Positions 35,223-48,494 of a stretch of 64,000 nucleotides of DNA are shown here, piece by piece (within the stretch, counting starts at the first letter, position 1; each line of letters begins with the position of its first letter). The translations under genes and the position numbers were made by a program. Origin of the DNA: Narcine bancroftii (Eukaryota); NCBI RefSeq assembly GCF_036971445.1, contig NC_091469.1:292826001-292890000 (forward strand), given 5' to 3'. The notes beneath the pieces are model-generated. The model worked only from the letters and a program-made list of their open reading frames with translations, was not told where the DNA came from and searched no databases.

Positions 35223-37999
35223 AGAGTATTGCAAGTAGAGATACACCTGACATCCAAAGTCAAGTGGTTCAGCTTCAACATCTGAAATGAGTCATCTGTG
35301 GTTCCCATTATCATTATTGCTGTCTGCAAAGCAGAATTTTCATTTGGATAGAGCAGGCTAAACAAATGAACGATGCCTTCAAATCATTTTATGGCTTAAC
35401 TGTAAGTTTTTATTAATTTATGAGGCCATGCAGATCATTGGAATAGACAACATTTATTGTCCCAGTTGCCCTTGAGAAGATGGTGTTGAACTCTCCTTTT
35501 TGAACTGCATCAGACTTTTAAGTAAAGGCCTTTCCTCAATGCTTTTGGGTGAAAATTACAGAATTTAGATCCAATGGCGCTGAAAGAATAGCAATTTAGG
35601 CAGATATGTATAAAAGGACAGGCATTTGGATAGGACTGGTGTGGAGGGATACAGGACTGGAGTGGGCAAAAGGAATTAGTGTCGGTTGACAGCATGAGTT
35701 GGCCTCAAAGGCCCCATTTCTGAGCTGTTTGATTCTACGAGTCTACGATTTCATATTTCCATATATGAACATGAGTTTAAGGGGGCAAAAGTGATGCCAT
35801 TTGGATATAGTAAAAACTCAAAAATGCTGGAGGAACTCAGCAGATCTCACAGTGTCCGTAGAAGGTCAAGATATTTTGGGCCGATCCCTTCCTCAAGGTC
35901 AGAGCAAAAAGCTGACAGGCACCTGAAACACAGCATCTGCAAACCTTCAGCACTGATTCAGCGGCCTCAGAATGGTTCATTTGTGCTTCACTTAAAGACC
36001 AGTACTATGTTTTTATTGGCATATCACAGCTTACCAGGGTAGTGTCCTTAATTTAGCATTTGCTCCTATTTCTTTAAGCTTCTCAATGTTTCACTTACGT
36101 TCAGAGTATCTTATTGACCATGTGTTCTCGAATAAGGTCACATTGCAACATAACCGATTACATTGGTGCCGATTGGCTTCAGATGTTTTGTGGAAATCGA
36201 ATGTCTCCTTTTGTTTTATTGTGAGCTCAAAACCTCTACTTCACCAAGCTGGAGAAGTCATTGGTTCAGTGCAGGCGTCGTGACAGATCTGTGCAAAGCT
36301 AACTTCTGGAAAAATACATTGGACATTCATATTATTGGTTCATGTTGTAGCAGTCAAGTGCTGTGTCACCACTGGTTTGGCCGTGAGATCACGCCAAGGA
36401 AAATAGCGCCAAGGAAATAATTGATTTTCACACAAGGCATTTGGTCAGATGTATGGCTAGGAAGGGTTTGGAGACACATGGACCAATGACTTCTGGAGCT
36501 TGGTGAAGGACATTCACTCTTTCTGATTGCTGTACTGCCTGTGGTGCACTCATTTCACATTTTAAAATATATAGATAGATAGACAGGTTATTTATTTTAA
36601 AAATGTAATTTTTAGCAATATTTGCACCTGTCACCCCTGCTGAAAGCAACACATTTTGTGATATATTTCTGACAATAAATTCTGATTCCGAAATATTTCC
36701 TTCCCTCACTCCCCATCTCAGTTCTTGTTAAACTTAACCTTCTTTTTCAAATGCCCCACCTTGCATTTTCTTTCCCTTGCTGTTATTTTGTGCGTGTGTG
36801 TGTGTGTCTCTCTCTCAATTTCCCCTTTGGCACACCAGCCAAGCGCCTCCTGTGCGCAAAGTTATGCATCTTGTTGCCGCCGCAAACTCCTCAATGACTA
36901 ATCCCTTAACACTGGGAAAGCTTTGTGCTGCGCTGTTAATGCAAGGGATGGACGGAGGAATGCGGAGCCTGGAGAGGCGCTGAAAGAATGAGAAAGGAAG
37001 AGAAAAGGAACTGGAAGGAAGAAATAAGTCGAACCACAAATAGGATCGAAGAGCAAAAGGATTAGGTGACTATATCCGATTGCACTGAGGGGGTCAGGAG
37101 AATTAAGTTTAAGAGCAGCTTGCGGGGAGATTAAAAAAAAAACTCCCAGCTGAAAAAGAAACTGGCTCAAGTACAGACAGGGATGAGGGCAAGAGGATGA
37201 TGCCAGGAAATATTTAGTGGTAAAGACATCAGCTTCTTGTCACCACAACGATTGCAGGTAACCAACCCTATTGATCAGACCAACTGCTTTATGATTATAA
37301 ACAGTGGCCTTGCGTGTGCACTTCTGACTGATGAACATGCAAGCAGTTCATTGAAAGAACATCCAATGCAAAACCTGAGGACAAAGTAAATACCCCTGGG
37401 CTTTGCTCATCGTCAATGCGCCTTTGCATCTTGACAATAATTGAGTTGGCTTTTTGGATCTGTTAATTAGCTTGCAAGACAATTAACACTGAAGCCACAA
37501 GAAAAAAGCTTATTGATACGTTGAAAATGCCTGGAAGTCAGAGACATTTGCATATGTTTCCCATGCGTAAATCCTGCGTAAAAGTGGCTTTAGCCACGGT
37601 AGATTACAGAATCAATCACTTCAAGGTGCGACTGTGCCCACTGGGAGACAGACCACCCACTTAAGGGTGGTCTCGATAAAGGGTCCCGACCCAAAACATT
37701 CCTACTCTCCGGTTGCCACCTGACCAGCTGAGTCCCTTCCGACATCTCGTCGGTTGCGGAGTGTGGATCTAATCTCATATTTTGTGACATCACGAGTCTC
37801 ATTGCCCCGTGAGAAATTGGAGATTTTGGGGGGGATACTGATGAATTTTGCTGATCAGTCTCAGAAAAGCTCAAAGTGCAAAGGGCTGAGGCATGAATGA
37901 AAGTATCTGAACGTTGCCATGGACCATCTCAGTGGGACCACTGATACTTTCATCGTCCAGCCACCCCACTGTTGGTTCTAGGGTCAGTCAGCCCAGACT

Positions 38000-38252
38000 A
38001 CACCATCAGAGGGACCCCCACCAGGCTGAGGACCAGCTTCATCCAACCGACAATGAGAATGTGGAAGGACCAAAGGATGTGCTCACACTAACCATCCGAG
38101 ACTCTCGTATTTACAAAACAACATTTATTAGAATAAATGAATACTTGTCCTGCATATGTGGGTTATGTTGGGTTGTGTGTCTGCATATCTTGCACCAATG
38201 AACAGAGAACGATGGGTTGTACTTGTGCAATCAGATGACAATAAACTTGATT
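38000..38252 (+). mobile_element. Rex1/Babar 3' UTR fragment
   Basis: Similar to 5520-5680; tail acaataaacttgatttga. Confidence 0.65.
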
Positions 38253-38329
38253 TGAAAGCCATATGGAAGGTGCACAGCCAGAAAGAAGAGTTGGGAACCG
38301 CAGTGGAGAAGAGAGCCGCCCTGACATTC

Positions 38330-39010
38330 CTTCTGCTGACATTTTAACTCTCCTTTCAATTCCCGTATTGACCTGTCTGTCCTGGGCATTCCCCACTGCC
38401 TGAGTAAGGCCAACACAAACCAGAGCAACTACACCTGATATTCCATCCAGGCAGTCTGTATGAATATTAAATTTACCAATTTCAGATAACATATCCCTTT
38501 CCATCCATTTTTTTCCCTCCCCCCCGCCCCCCAGCATTGTTATCCCTCTGGTTCCTTCTTCCATCTCCATGTCTTTGGACTTCCTTTCTTCTCCCCCCCC
38601 CCCCGCACCCCCACCCCCCCTCCGCCATCAGTTCTATCTGGTCTCTCATCACGTTCTCTTACCATATTCCAGCTCTGATGCCCCCTGTCCCCAGCTATCA
38701 CCCGTCCCACCCTCCACGACTCACCTTCCTCCACCTTACCTCTTTGCTTCTCTCTCCCTGTACCTGGCATCTGCCCATCGACTACCTTAGTGTGCCATCC
38801 TTGCCACTTCCTGGTCCTCCTGCCCCCCCACCCCTCCCCGGCCCAGGCCTCCCCACTTCCCTCCCTGTCTACATTATATGATCACTCACTCCTCCACATC
38901 CTCAGTCCCGATAAAGGGTTCTGGCCTACCACATTGATGAATCTTTACCCCCCCTCCCCACAAAGATGCTGCTTGGCTTGATAAACTCCTCCAGCAGGTT
39001 CAGTGTTGCC
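38330..39010 (+). mobile_element. Penelope-like element 3' fragment
   Basis: Degenerate HFNS..DLSVLG..HLIF..MNIKFTNFR (GIY-YIG C-terminus), C/T-rich tract, pLTR cagtcccgataaagggttctggcc. Confidence 0.75.
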
Positions 39011-39480
39011 CCTCTTTATCCTGCTGTACTGTGTTTGCCATGAGGACTTCGTCAAGCTCTGACTCACTTCCCAGTGGCAAGAGAAGCTATACAATGGTGG
39101 CAGCAAGTCCATTCTAGCACATCCTGCACTCGAAATGATAAAGTGTGACATTTAATGTAGCTTGAGACAAATTTTCTCAGGGGTCTTGGCTAAGTGTTAC
39201 CACGAAAAGCAGCACTTATATACCTCATTAAAAGAAGGTGAATTCCATTCATTTCTTTTCGTGAAAATTCAGTCTCAGTTTGGGCTCTCAGGCTTTCCTT
39301 GGTGTTACTCAATTCAAGTCACGTTTATTGTTACCTGATTGCATAAGTACAACCCAATGAAACGGCGTTCTCCAGTCCTCATGCAGACACAAGATACAGT
39401 ATAAAGCTTCATTTTGTCTGCTATCCAGACAGGTAGTGCGATACTAATTAAACAAAAAAATAAATAAAATAATAATGTCA

Positions 39481-39732
39481 AATACCCCAATTAACCTACA
39501 ACTATGGTATATTTTGAAAGGTGGGCGGAAATCCACGCAAACACAGGGAGAACGTACGAATTCAGTGCCAGATTCAAACAGGGGTCACCAGCGCTGTAAA
39601 AGTTCTCCTTGTGTCTGCGTGGGTTTTCTCTGGGGGCTCCTCCCAATGTTCAAAACGTACCTGGGGCGTAGGTTAATAGGACAGCACGGGCTCGTGGGCT
39701 GAGATGGGTGTTACCGTGTCGAAATTAAAAAA
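39481..39732. mobile_element. Two partial V-SINEs fused head-to-head (minus 39481-39600, plus 39601-39732)
   Basis: ccacgcaaacacagggagaac / gttctccttgtgtctgcgtgg are inverted copies. Confidence 0.75.
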
Positions 39733-39918
39733 ATTATATGTCTTCCATTTCCAATTTGAAAATTGAGCCGTGACATTTCATTCTTATTAGTTTATTTTAT
39801 ATAAAATAACAAATCCTTTAATTTCCTGTGCCACTGCTCACACAACGATCCGAGCTCTGGAACCCGCTAAATGCCTTCAGTTGCTGAAATGAAGAAGTGT
39901 TGAAATGTGTCTACCCCC

Positions 39919-41933
39919 TGTGATAGTACAGATTCTATCACCAATGTGTATATGCACAGATTGTAGTGTAGGATGCAAAGAGTAGTTCACGGACAAGTTT
40001 CTCTTGTGTCTTGGTGTGAGCTTGCAGGCGCCTCAGATTGAAGAGACTGCCATCCGTGCGGTACCGGATGTAAACAGCGTCTTCATTGTTGGGGTCTTTC
40101 ATGGCTTGGTTCAGCATCATGCTGAAGAAGATTGAAAAGAGGGTTGGTGCGAGAACACAGCCTTGCTTCACGCCATTGTTAATGGAGAAGGGTTCAGAGA
40201 GCTCATTGCTGTTGCTGTATCTGACCCGACCTTGTTGGTTTTCGTGCAGTTGGATAATCATGTTGAGGAACTTTGGGGGACATCCGATGCGCTCTAGTAT
40301 TTGCCAAAGCCCTTTCCTGCTCACGGTGTCGAAGGCTTTGGTGAGGTCAACAAAGGTGATGTAGAGTCCTTTGTTTTGTTCTCTGCACTTTTCTTGGAGC
40401 TGTCTGGGGGCAAAGACCATGTCAGTGGTTCCTCTGTTTGCGCGAAAGCCGCACTGTGATTCTGGGTGAATATTCTCGGCGACACTAGGTATTATTCTAT
40501 TTAGTAGAATCCTAGCGAAGATTTTGCCTGCAATGGAGAGCAACGTGATTCCCCTGTAGTTTGAGCAGACTGATTTCTCGCCTTTGTTTTTGTACAGGGT
40601 GATGATGGTGGCATCACGAAGATCCTGAGGCAGTTTTCCTTGGTCCCAACAAAGCTTGAAAAACTCATGCAGTTTGGCATGCAGAGTTTTGCCGCCAGCC
40701 TTCCAGACTTCTGGGGGGATTCCATCCATACCTGCTGCTTTGCCACTTTTCAGTTGTTTGATTGCCGCTTTAGTTGCCCATTCAGAGCCAGCTCTTCAGC
40801 GCTTGACGTCCTGCTTTGCGGAAACTGCCAAAATGTTTGGCCTGGAAGTCAGCCTGAAGAAAACTGAGGTCCTCCATCAGCCAGCTCCCCACCATGACTA
40901 CCAGCCCCCCCACATCTCCATCGGGCACACAAAACTCAAAACGGTCAACCAGTTTACCTATCTCGGCTGCACCATTTCATCAGATGCAAGGATCAACAAT
41001 GAGATAGACAACAGACTCGCCAAGGCAAATAGCGCCTTTGGAAGACTACACAAAAGAGTCTGGAAAAACAACCAACTGAAAAACCTCACAAAGATAAGCG
41101 TATACAGAGCCGTTGTCATACCCACACTCCTGTTCGGCTCCGAATCATGGGTCCTCTACCGGCATCACCTACGGCTCCTAGAACGCTTCCACCAGCGTTG
41201 TCTCCGCTCCATCCTCAACATCCATTGGAGCGCTTACACCCCTAACGTCGAAGTACTCGAGATGGCAGAGGTCGACAGCATCGAGTCCACGCTGCTGAAG
41301 ATCCAGCTGCGCTGGATGGGTCACGTCTCCAGAATGGAGGACCATCGCCTTCCCAAGATCGTGTTATATGGCGAGCTCTCCACTGGCCACCGTGACAGAG
41401 GTGCACCAAAGAAAAGGTACAAGGACTGCCTAAAGAAATCTCTTGGTGCCTGCCACATTGACCACCGCCAGTGGGCTGATAACGCCTCAAACCGTGCATC
41501 TTGGCGCCTCACAGTTCGGCGGGCAGCAACCTCCTTTGAAGAAGACCGCAGAGCCCACCTCACTGACAAAAGGCAAAGGAGGAAAAACCCAACACCCAAC
41601 CCCAACCAACCAATTTTCCCTTGCAACCGCTGCAATCGTGTCTGCCTGTCCCGCATCGGACTTGTCAGCCACAAACGAGCCTGCAGCTGACGTGGACTTT
41701 TTACCCCCTCCATAAATCTTCGTCCGCGAAGCCAAGCCAAAGCCAAAGAGTGTAGGATGACTGTGATTGGCTGAGAGCATAGCCACACCTACTGGCAGGT
41801 CTTAAAGGATTGTTCCTAGCCAGACCAGATCATTCTGGACTGGTCGACCGACATGTGATATGCTCCAGTCTTTTAGTTAATAAAAGCCTTGGTTTGGATC
41901 AACAAGTCTTTGGTTCTTTCAATGTGCTCCACA
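39919..41933 (+). mobile_element. Solo LTR (39919-39975 + 41749-41933) split by an RTE insertion
   Basis: tgtg...caca termini, aataaa near 41879, 4-bp TSD cccc/cccc. Confidence 0.8.
39976..41748 (+). mobile_element. 5'-truncated, 5'-inverted RTE copy (inverted 39976-40766; forward 40763-41748)
   Basis: Same family as 13369-17130; ORFs 39938..40729(-) and 40656..41690(+); TSD agtgtaggatg at 39965-39975 and 41749-41759. Confidence 0.95.
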
Positions 41934-42142
41934 CCCCATTTAGCCTGCTTTCTAGATCCTCACAGTTGATTCGCAAAGTGGAACTCAGTGGGCAGCACTT
42001 CATTCTCTGAATACAATGATTAGTGGTTTGAATCCTACTGCAAATCCCAGAGCACCAATGTGCCATTTTATAGGCGAGTCTCTTCTCTCCACCTCAGGGA
42101 AGTAGTGGCATTCAAAAACAGCAATGGAGTCCCCAAAGTGTC

Positions 42143-42316
42143 NNNNNNNNNNNNNNNNNNNNNNNNNNNNNNNNNNNNNNNNNNNNNNNNNNNNNNNNNN
42201 NNNNNNNNNNNNNNNNNNNNNNNNNNNNNNNNNNNNNNNNNNNNNNNNNNNNNNNNNNNNNNNNNNNNNNNNNNNNNNNNNNNNNNNNNNNNNNNNNNNN
42301 NNNNNNNNNNNNNNNN
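42143..42316. other. Assembly gap (174 N)
   Basis: Run of N. Confidence 1.
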
Positions 42317-42639
42317 ATAAAGGAAATAAATGTGTGCTCAAAGCAGTTCAAAATATAGAATAAAATCTTAACTAAATATGTTACTTTGTAGAATCCAATC
42401 ATACTTGTATTATAATAAAACATGCCGAGACAATTTGATTCGCCATGAGAGATCAGCTGTGTCAAAATGATCTTGAAACAATTTCAAGTTTACATTTGCA
42501 CAAGCATTCAGCACACACAGACTTTTATCACAGGAAAAACAAAATTGCACAACATTAGGTTTTTGCGCACTCTAACTACTAATAATTAGAGGGAACATTT
42601 GTCCCCACCTTTCTATATCCCTTAATTAACACCTGAAAC

Positions 42640-43100
42640 AAATAATTTGGGGACACAGGCAGAGACAGACATCCAGAACTGCTTGAAAACCATCAATGCC
42701 CTTTGGTCTCCCCGAAACCTGTTGGTCTTTCAGCGCATAGAGATGTCGGTGAGGGGAGTGCTTCCAACTGGCACATTCTAGGCTGCAGGATTTTGTGCTG
42801 AGGGACACACTGAGGCTTGGAGTAGCCAATGCGAGGGCGCTGCAGGGAAGGACCACAGTCTTGCGTCCTTCCATTACTAGGCATTGAGAGGCTGAGACTG
42901 AGAGAAAGGCCCCTCAAACAACAGAGGGGGGTGAAACGACAAGGTGCCATAGAGGTGGCAATGGAGTTAAAATAAAAATGAATATAACAATGTACAGTGA
43001 TGGTAATATATGGATATGAAACTAAGAGCACAAAGAGACTTTGATCAGTTTTCTTTTTGTAAATAATTTATTGTGAATAAAGTCTATTTTTGGTTATAAA
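42640..43100 (+). mobile_element. Tx1/L1-clade LINE 3' end
   Basis: Degenerate ALWSxRNLLVFQRIEMSV..LAHSRLQDFVLRDTLRLG; tail gtgaataaagtctatttttgg. Confidence 0.65.
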
Positions 43101-43380
43101 ATCTCATTATTATCACATTGCTGTTTGTGTGACTTCACTGAATGTAAATTGACCACTGTGTTTCTGATATCATAGTGAATGGGGAAGACTCAGGGCCAAA
43201 ACATTGGTTACTCTTTCCTTCCAATGGACACTGAGTTTCTCCAGCCCATTTGTGTATTGCATTACAGTGATGTCTATACATCAGCTGTACTGTCATTGAG
43301 ATACACCACTTCGATCAAGGCCCCATTTTTCACTGAGTCTGCATCAACCATAAAAGTGCCTGTCTATAGTAATTCAGCTA

Positions 43381-43581
43381 CAGTAAAACCCCTGGTATCC
43401 AGCACCTATGGGAATTGGTAGATGCTGGATAAGTTAATTTTCTGGTTGCTTGAGATTGCATGTTACATGATTGGTGAACTAATTTTAAACCATAATTTTT
43501 ACCTATTTATTTTCCACAATTTTTTTGCTGATTGCTTGAGGCTGCCGGTTGCTTGAATTCCGCATAACATGGATTTTACTG
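43381..43581. mobile_element. Tc1/mariner-pogo (Tigger-like) MITE
   Basis: TA|cagtaaaacccctggtatcc...gcataacatggattttactg|TA. Confidence 0.8.
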
Positions 43582-43884
43582 TATATTCACCCACATTCCA
43601 ATCAACTCCACCCCAGATTCTACCCCTCACTACCGACTAGGGGAAACTTCCAGTGGCCAATCAACCTCAAGCATTGACAGTAATGCACCTTGGAAGGTCA
43701 GAAGGCAGCAGAAGTTCTTATGTAAGAGAAGTCTTTCTCTGGTGCCAGAATCTTGATTAAAAGTTGTCATTGGAGGTAAAGCAAGACGTTCAAGTCAGCA
43801 CATCGCTCTTCATGAAGGGCATGGAGTCTTCCAGCACAGAAGCCAGCTTGTCCATGGTGAACAATGTGCTCTCCACTTTCCTGC

Positions 43885-44100
43885 ATTTGGCCCATACAGC
43901 TCCAATCATCTCCCATCCTTTTTGTTATCCATGTGTATCGTAAATGAAGCTGCCTCCACCATTTTGTCTGGCAGTCTAACCCACCACCCTCTGAACAAAG
44001 AACTGTCCCCTCACCTCCCTTCTAAATCAAAACCCCTCATCTTATAGTTATGCCCTCTTCTCTTAGACTCTTCAACTCGAGGAAACAGTTTGTCACTATT
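43885..44100 (-). mobile_element. Old CR1 3' fragment
   Basis: ctgcatttggcccata...ccaccaccctctg...gttatgccctcttctcttagactc. Confidence 0.6.
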
Positions 44101-45454
44101 CAAAGATTCCCTGAAATCCAAATACACAAAGAAATAGAAATTAGATCCATGTTTTATGTGAAGAACATCAATCGGGCTAACTTCTCAGCTGATAAATGTA
44201 ATGGTTATTAATCACAAGGAGTAACCTCCTCCATATAATTGTGCACTTGTGAAAACTCATTGAACATATAAACCAAAGCTTTGAACTTAATATCTACCAT
44301 TTCACTGGTCTATTCTCTTCAAGTGTCACGTATCTTCATAGACAATTTACATTATTTATTAATCAATTAGGAGATTACAGCAAAAACATAAAGCTATCAA
44401 ACTTATTTATGTAGTTTCAAGAGACTAATTAAACCATTTTCAAAGGCAAACAAAGGCAGCGCTCCACAAGATCTAATCATCGGGACCACAAACGTGAACC
44501 TATCAACGAATCAGCAACTCCTTTTCATAGCCCACTACATGGGCAGTCCTAAAAAGGAATGTGCAGGAATCTTGAGTCAATTCCTGCACCGCGATTTATC
44601 CTGAAGGACCCCTACAACATTTTGGAGGGAGCCTGCAGTGTAAATCGTACGGGAAAAATTTGTCATCGGTCATCCACTCTACTGCATGTCCAACCCCCGG
44701 GACTGTTGCACTCAGGTACTTGCAGTCTAAAAAACAGTGTGAACAACCACATGGGCAGCAATTATGTTAATTGTTTCAGCGATTTTCCCAACATTGCAGT
44801 CTAAAAAAAACATTAGTGAGTAATCACACTGAGAGAAACATGTGATGTGTGAAAATAGTTTAGGAATGTCATTAGGTTACAAAACTCCAGAGGCCCTATG
44901 GAATGGTTCCTGGGGCTGGTGTAATCATTGGTTGCATGCCCCTATTGGGATGAGGAGCTGCAAAGTTGGGCTTTCACTACTGCCATTTGCTGGCAGCCAA
45001 GACCTCTTAAAAAGAATGCACTCCATCTTCAGACAACGAGGAAATACCTCTGAAGACCAAATTTAATTTTGCTTTCAATTCATCAGGAGAGTGATCCTTA
45101 ATTGGTTATCTCTACTTTCCCCCATTTAAGTTTCATCAAATATCTTTTTATGGAAGTGAAGCATGCAAGGGAGTTCCTGGATTGGTCCAGAAGATCCAGA
45201 CTGTAAGGAGCTCTTGGAGCTACCCTATGCAGATGAACTTCTGGTCAATGGTGACCTCCAGGATGTTGGTGGAAGGGGAACTTACCAATGGTAATGCCAT
45301 CAAACATCAATGACTCCCTCTTGTAGAAGATGGTCATTGTCCGACATTTTTGCCGTGCAACTGTTACTTGCCATTTATTAAACTGTGCCTGAATGTTGAC
45401 CATGTCCTGCTGCATTTTGGCACATATTCTCTCACTGGTGAGGAGATTTTAACA

Positions 45455-45695
45455 TTTTTTTTAGAAATACAGAACATAGCAAAGCCCTCTTGCCCATGAG
45501 CACACACCACCCAATTATAATTAACCTTCTAACCTCATAAGTGTTTAGAACATGGTAGGATACCGGAGGGCCCAGAGGAAGCCCACACGGACACAGAGAG
45601 AAGGCACAACCTCCTTATGGACAACGGCAGATTTGAACCACCAGTCACTGGCGCTGTAATACCGTTGCTCTAACTGCGACACGATCCATGTCGCC
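45455..45695 (-). mobile_element. V-SINE
   Basis: ccagaggaagcccacacggacacagagagaag...gatttgaacc...gcgctgtaatacc. Further copies at about 20700-20840, 46520-46630, 47255-47385, 51155-51265, 60233-60420 and 61590-61760. Confidence 0.8.
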
Positions 45696-47857
45696 CAGAT
45701 GAATAAAATTGAACATTGTGCAGTCACTATCAATTCATTAGATGAAGTGACAGAATTCACAGAATTTGGCATTTTAATCAGTCAAAGCAGTTATAGCTTT
45801 ACAAGTTATTGATTTCTGGTGAACATTGAACAATACAGCATAGTACAGGCCCTTCAGCCCTCAATGTTGTACTGAGATATATATTCCTTCCAGTAGTTGA
45901 AGTAAAGAAAGATTCCTATTCCTATTGCATTTTTGATGATCACAGATGGTACCAAATTGTTTCACAAACAATTAAGCATTTCAGAATTAAAATTACTTAT
46001 TGCAGGAAACGTGATTACTAGTTTTCTCACTGGAAACTCCCACAAATCAATAAAATAATAAACACATACCACATTTCTGGGTGATAAATGTTCACCAAGT
46101 CCTCGGGATATCTCTGCTCATCTTCCTTGAAATGTATTCTTTGAGAGAGCAGAAGGGGCTTTATTATGGTTTACAACTGTGAACCGAGACAGGGTGTTCT
46201 ACTTCCTGAAATAGAGGTTGAATCCACAGCTCAAAACCCAAGAACACTGTCTACTGAGCCCAGACCACATTTGAGTGCAGTATAAGGGGTTGTTGCATTT
46301 CCAAAGTTAGATCAGATGATAAGCCACTCTTAGTCAACATAAACTACCTGCTTTCCTTCAAAGGAAGCCATCCCAGTTCTGTAGTGTGCAAACACTCTTC
46401 ACTCAACAACCTGTTCCAAATGGTGGTTGATATTTCTTGTTTTCTGTTCCTGCTGCTCACAATTGTAACATTTACTGGCAAGACTTTAAAAGTATTTAAT
46501 GAGCTCTAAGTTTTTTTTATATTTTAATTTAGACATGCAGCACCTCAACAGGCCCTTCTGGCCCACATGCTCATGCTGACCAAATACACCCATGTGATCC
46601 ATTAACCTTCCAATCCCGTACATCTGTCATGTTGGGAAGAATATCAGTTTCAGTGGGTTCATAAAGAGGGGAGGCTGGACATAAGTGTTACAATTACATG
46701 TAACTTTTATCAACAATTGGGAAACAAACAGGAGAACATTAAACAGTACTCGATCACTATTTTGACCAATGTTGGACTCCGACAACGGTAAACCTATACT
46801 CGACCTGCTCACACAGGGACTCTTACTCACACACCTGGTTCCCTGGACCAATGGAAGTGCGGATCCCTGCAAATATTGATCTATCTCAGTTCTATGGCTC
46901 AGCTTCAGTGTATTGCACACTTTACCTGTGATACTTCCAGCGATGACCACAGCAGCAACCTGGTGTGGAGCCATGTCCAGGGCTTGGACCATGAGGCAGA
47001 GAAAAAGAATGTGCTGTGTGTTTGTGTTCTATACAGTGCTAATCTGTGCTTCTAGCCAATAATGACCCGAGGTGATTTGAATTAGCCAACACCAAGGAGT
47101 GCGCTAATGGGTGCCCAGAGCCCAACCTTGCTTGACAGATGAAGTGACTTCCGAATAAGTTTCAGGTGGGGAGGACATGTGACCACCCTTAATTGACACA
47201 TTCCAGACAGGCGGAGGGGTGGCATGTTTCCTCCTCACAAAACCTCTTTAAATACTGGAGGTCCTGGAAGAAACCCACGGGGAAGTGGGGAGAATGTACC
47301 AACTCCTTACAGACAGCAGTGATTTGAAGCCAGGTCGCTGGTGCAGTAACAGCGTTGTGCTAACCACTGCGCTAACCATGCCACCCACTGATTCTTAGAA
47401 TGATCTCATGAATGGGTTAAAATGTCAAATAAAATCAAGTTCCAGCTTTCTATATATTTTTGTAGGTTCAAAACTCAACCACAGTTGCGCATTTTGCCAG
47501 TATGTGTGAGAACACTGTGATCTCTTTGTACTTCTTTACTAAAAGAGATGATTGATAAAGAAAAGGAATATTCTGAATTGCACAAGTTTTGAGACTGATA
47601 TCTGAACAGGTGAGGCAAAGACAAACAAAGGCTAAGTCAAATATCTCTAAACATCTGCAACTATTCTGAAAGGAATTGTCTCTTTCCAATAATATGATAT
47701 TGTGCCTATGTTAATTATGCACCCCAACAACCTTCCTCCCAAAAGTTCAGAAATGCAACAACCCCTTCTTATTCCATGTGGACACCCTCTAACTGGATGG
47801 CATTAACATTTTCCCTTAGCCCCCGGCCACCCCCACTGGCTCTCCTTTCCCCTATCC

Positions 47858-48021
47858 CAGTAGTTCTCAACCTTGTATTTTTCCCCCACTCACATACCAC
47901 CTTAAGTAATGCCTGACTCACCACAGAGCACGTATGACATCCTATGCCATAGGTGTTCTGTAGTTAGTAGGGGATTACTTAAGGTGGTCTGTGAATGGTA
48001 AAAAAAAGTTAAGAACCACTG
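47858..48021. mobile_element. Longer monomer relative of the Charlie-like MITE
   Basis: cagtagttctcaacctt...agttaagaaccactg; TSD ccctatcc/ctctatcc. Confidence 0.85.
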
Positions 48022-48494
48022 CTCTATCCCTACTCCTCCTCTCCTCTAGCTCCGACCCATTCTTCTCCTCTCCCTCTGACTTCTTTCCACCAGCTTTGCA
48101 CTCACAGAAAGCCCTTTTATAGTGAAAATTACTGATTTGTAAAGACAGGTTTCCTCTGTCTTTAAATCGCTCCACTTACCTCCATAAAAGGTCCAAAGGA
48201 GGATTGGCTGGTCCAACTTGCTCCATGATCCCTCCGCCTAGCGGAATAGTGTCAAAGGTGGAGTGAAGTTACTCCACCTCCTCTGTAAAAGGATTGGTGG
48301 TGAATGCGGCTCCAAAGGAGAGGGATGATGTTGTTACGATGGCACCGTCAGCCCGCGACCCGAGAGCGCAAATTTTAAAGAACCCATATGGTCAAAAAAG
48401 GTGATTATGTTGTGCTGAAGACCTGCCTGTGTCCTAAGACTGCACAGATCTCCATTAGCACTCGCACCTGCTCTTTAGTCACCATTTTGAGTAT

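Noticed and set aside
40656-41690. 344-aa ORF as a novel chimeric gene
   Set aside because: Read-through across the RTE inversion junction from an alternative start; it lacks the N-terminal RT and the FADD motif.
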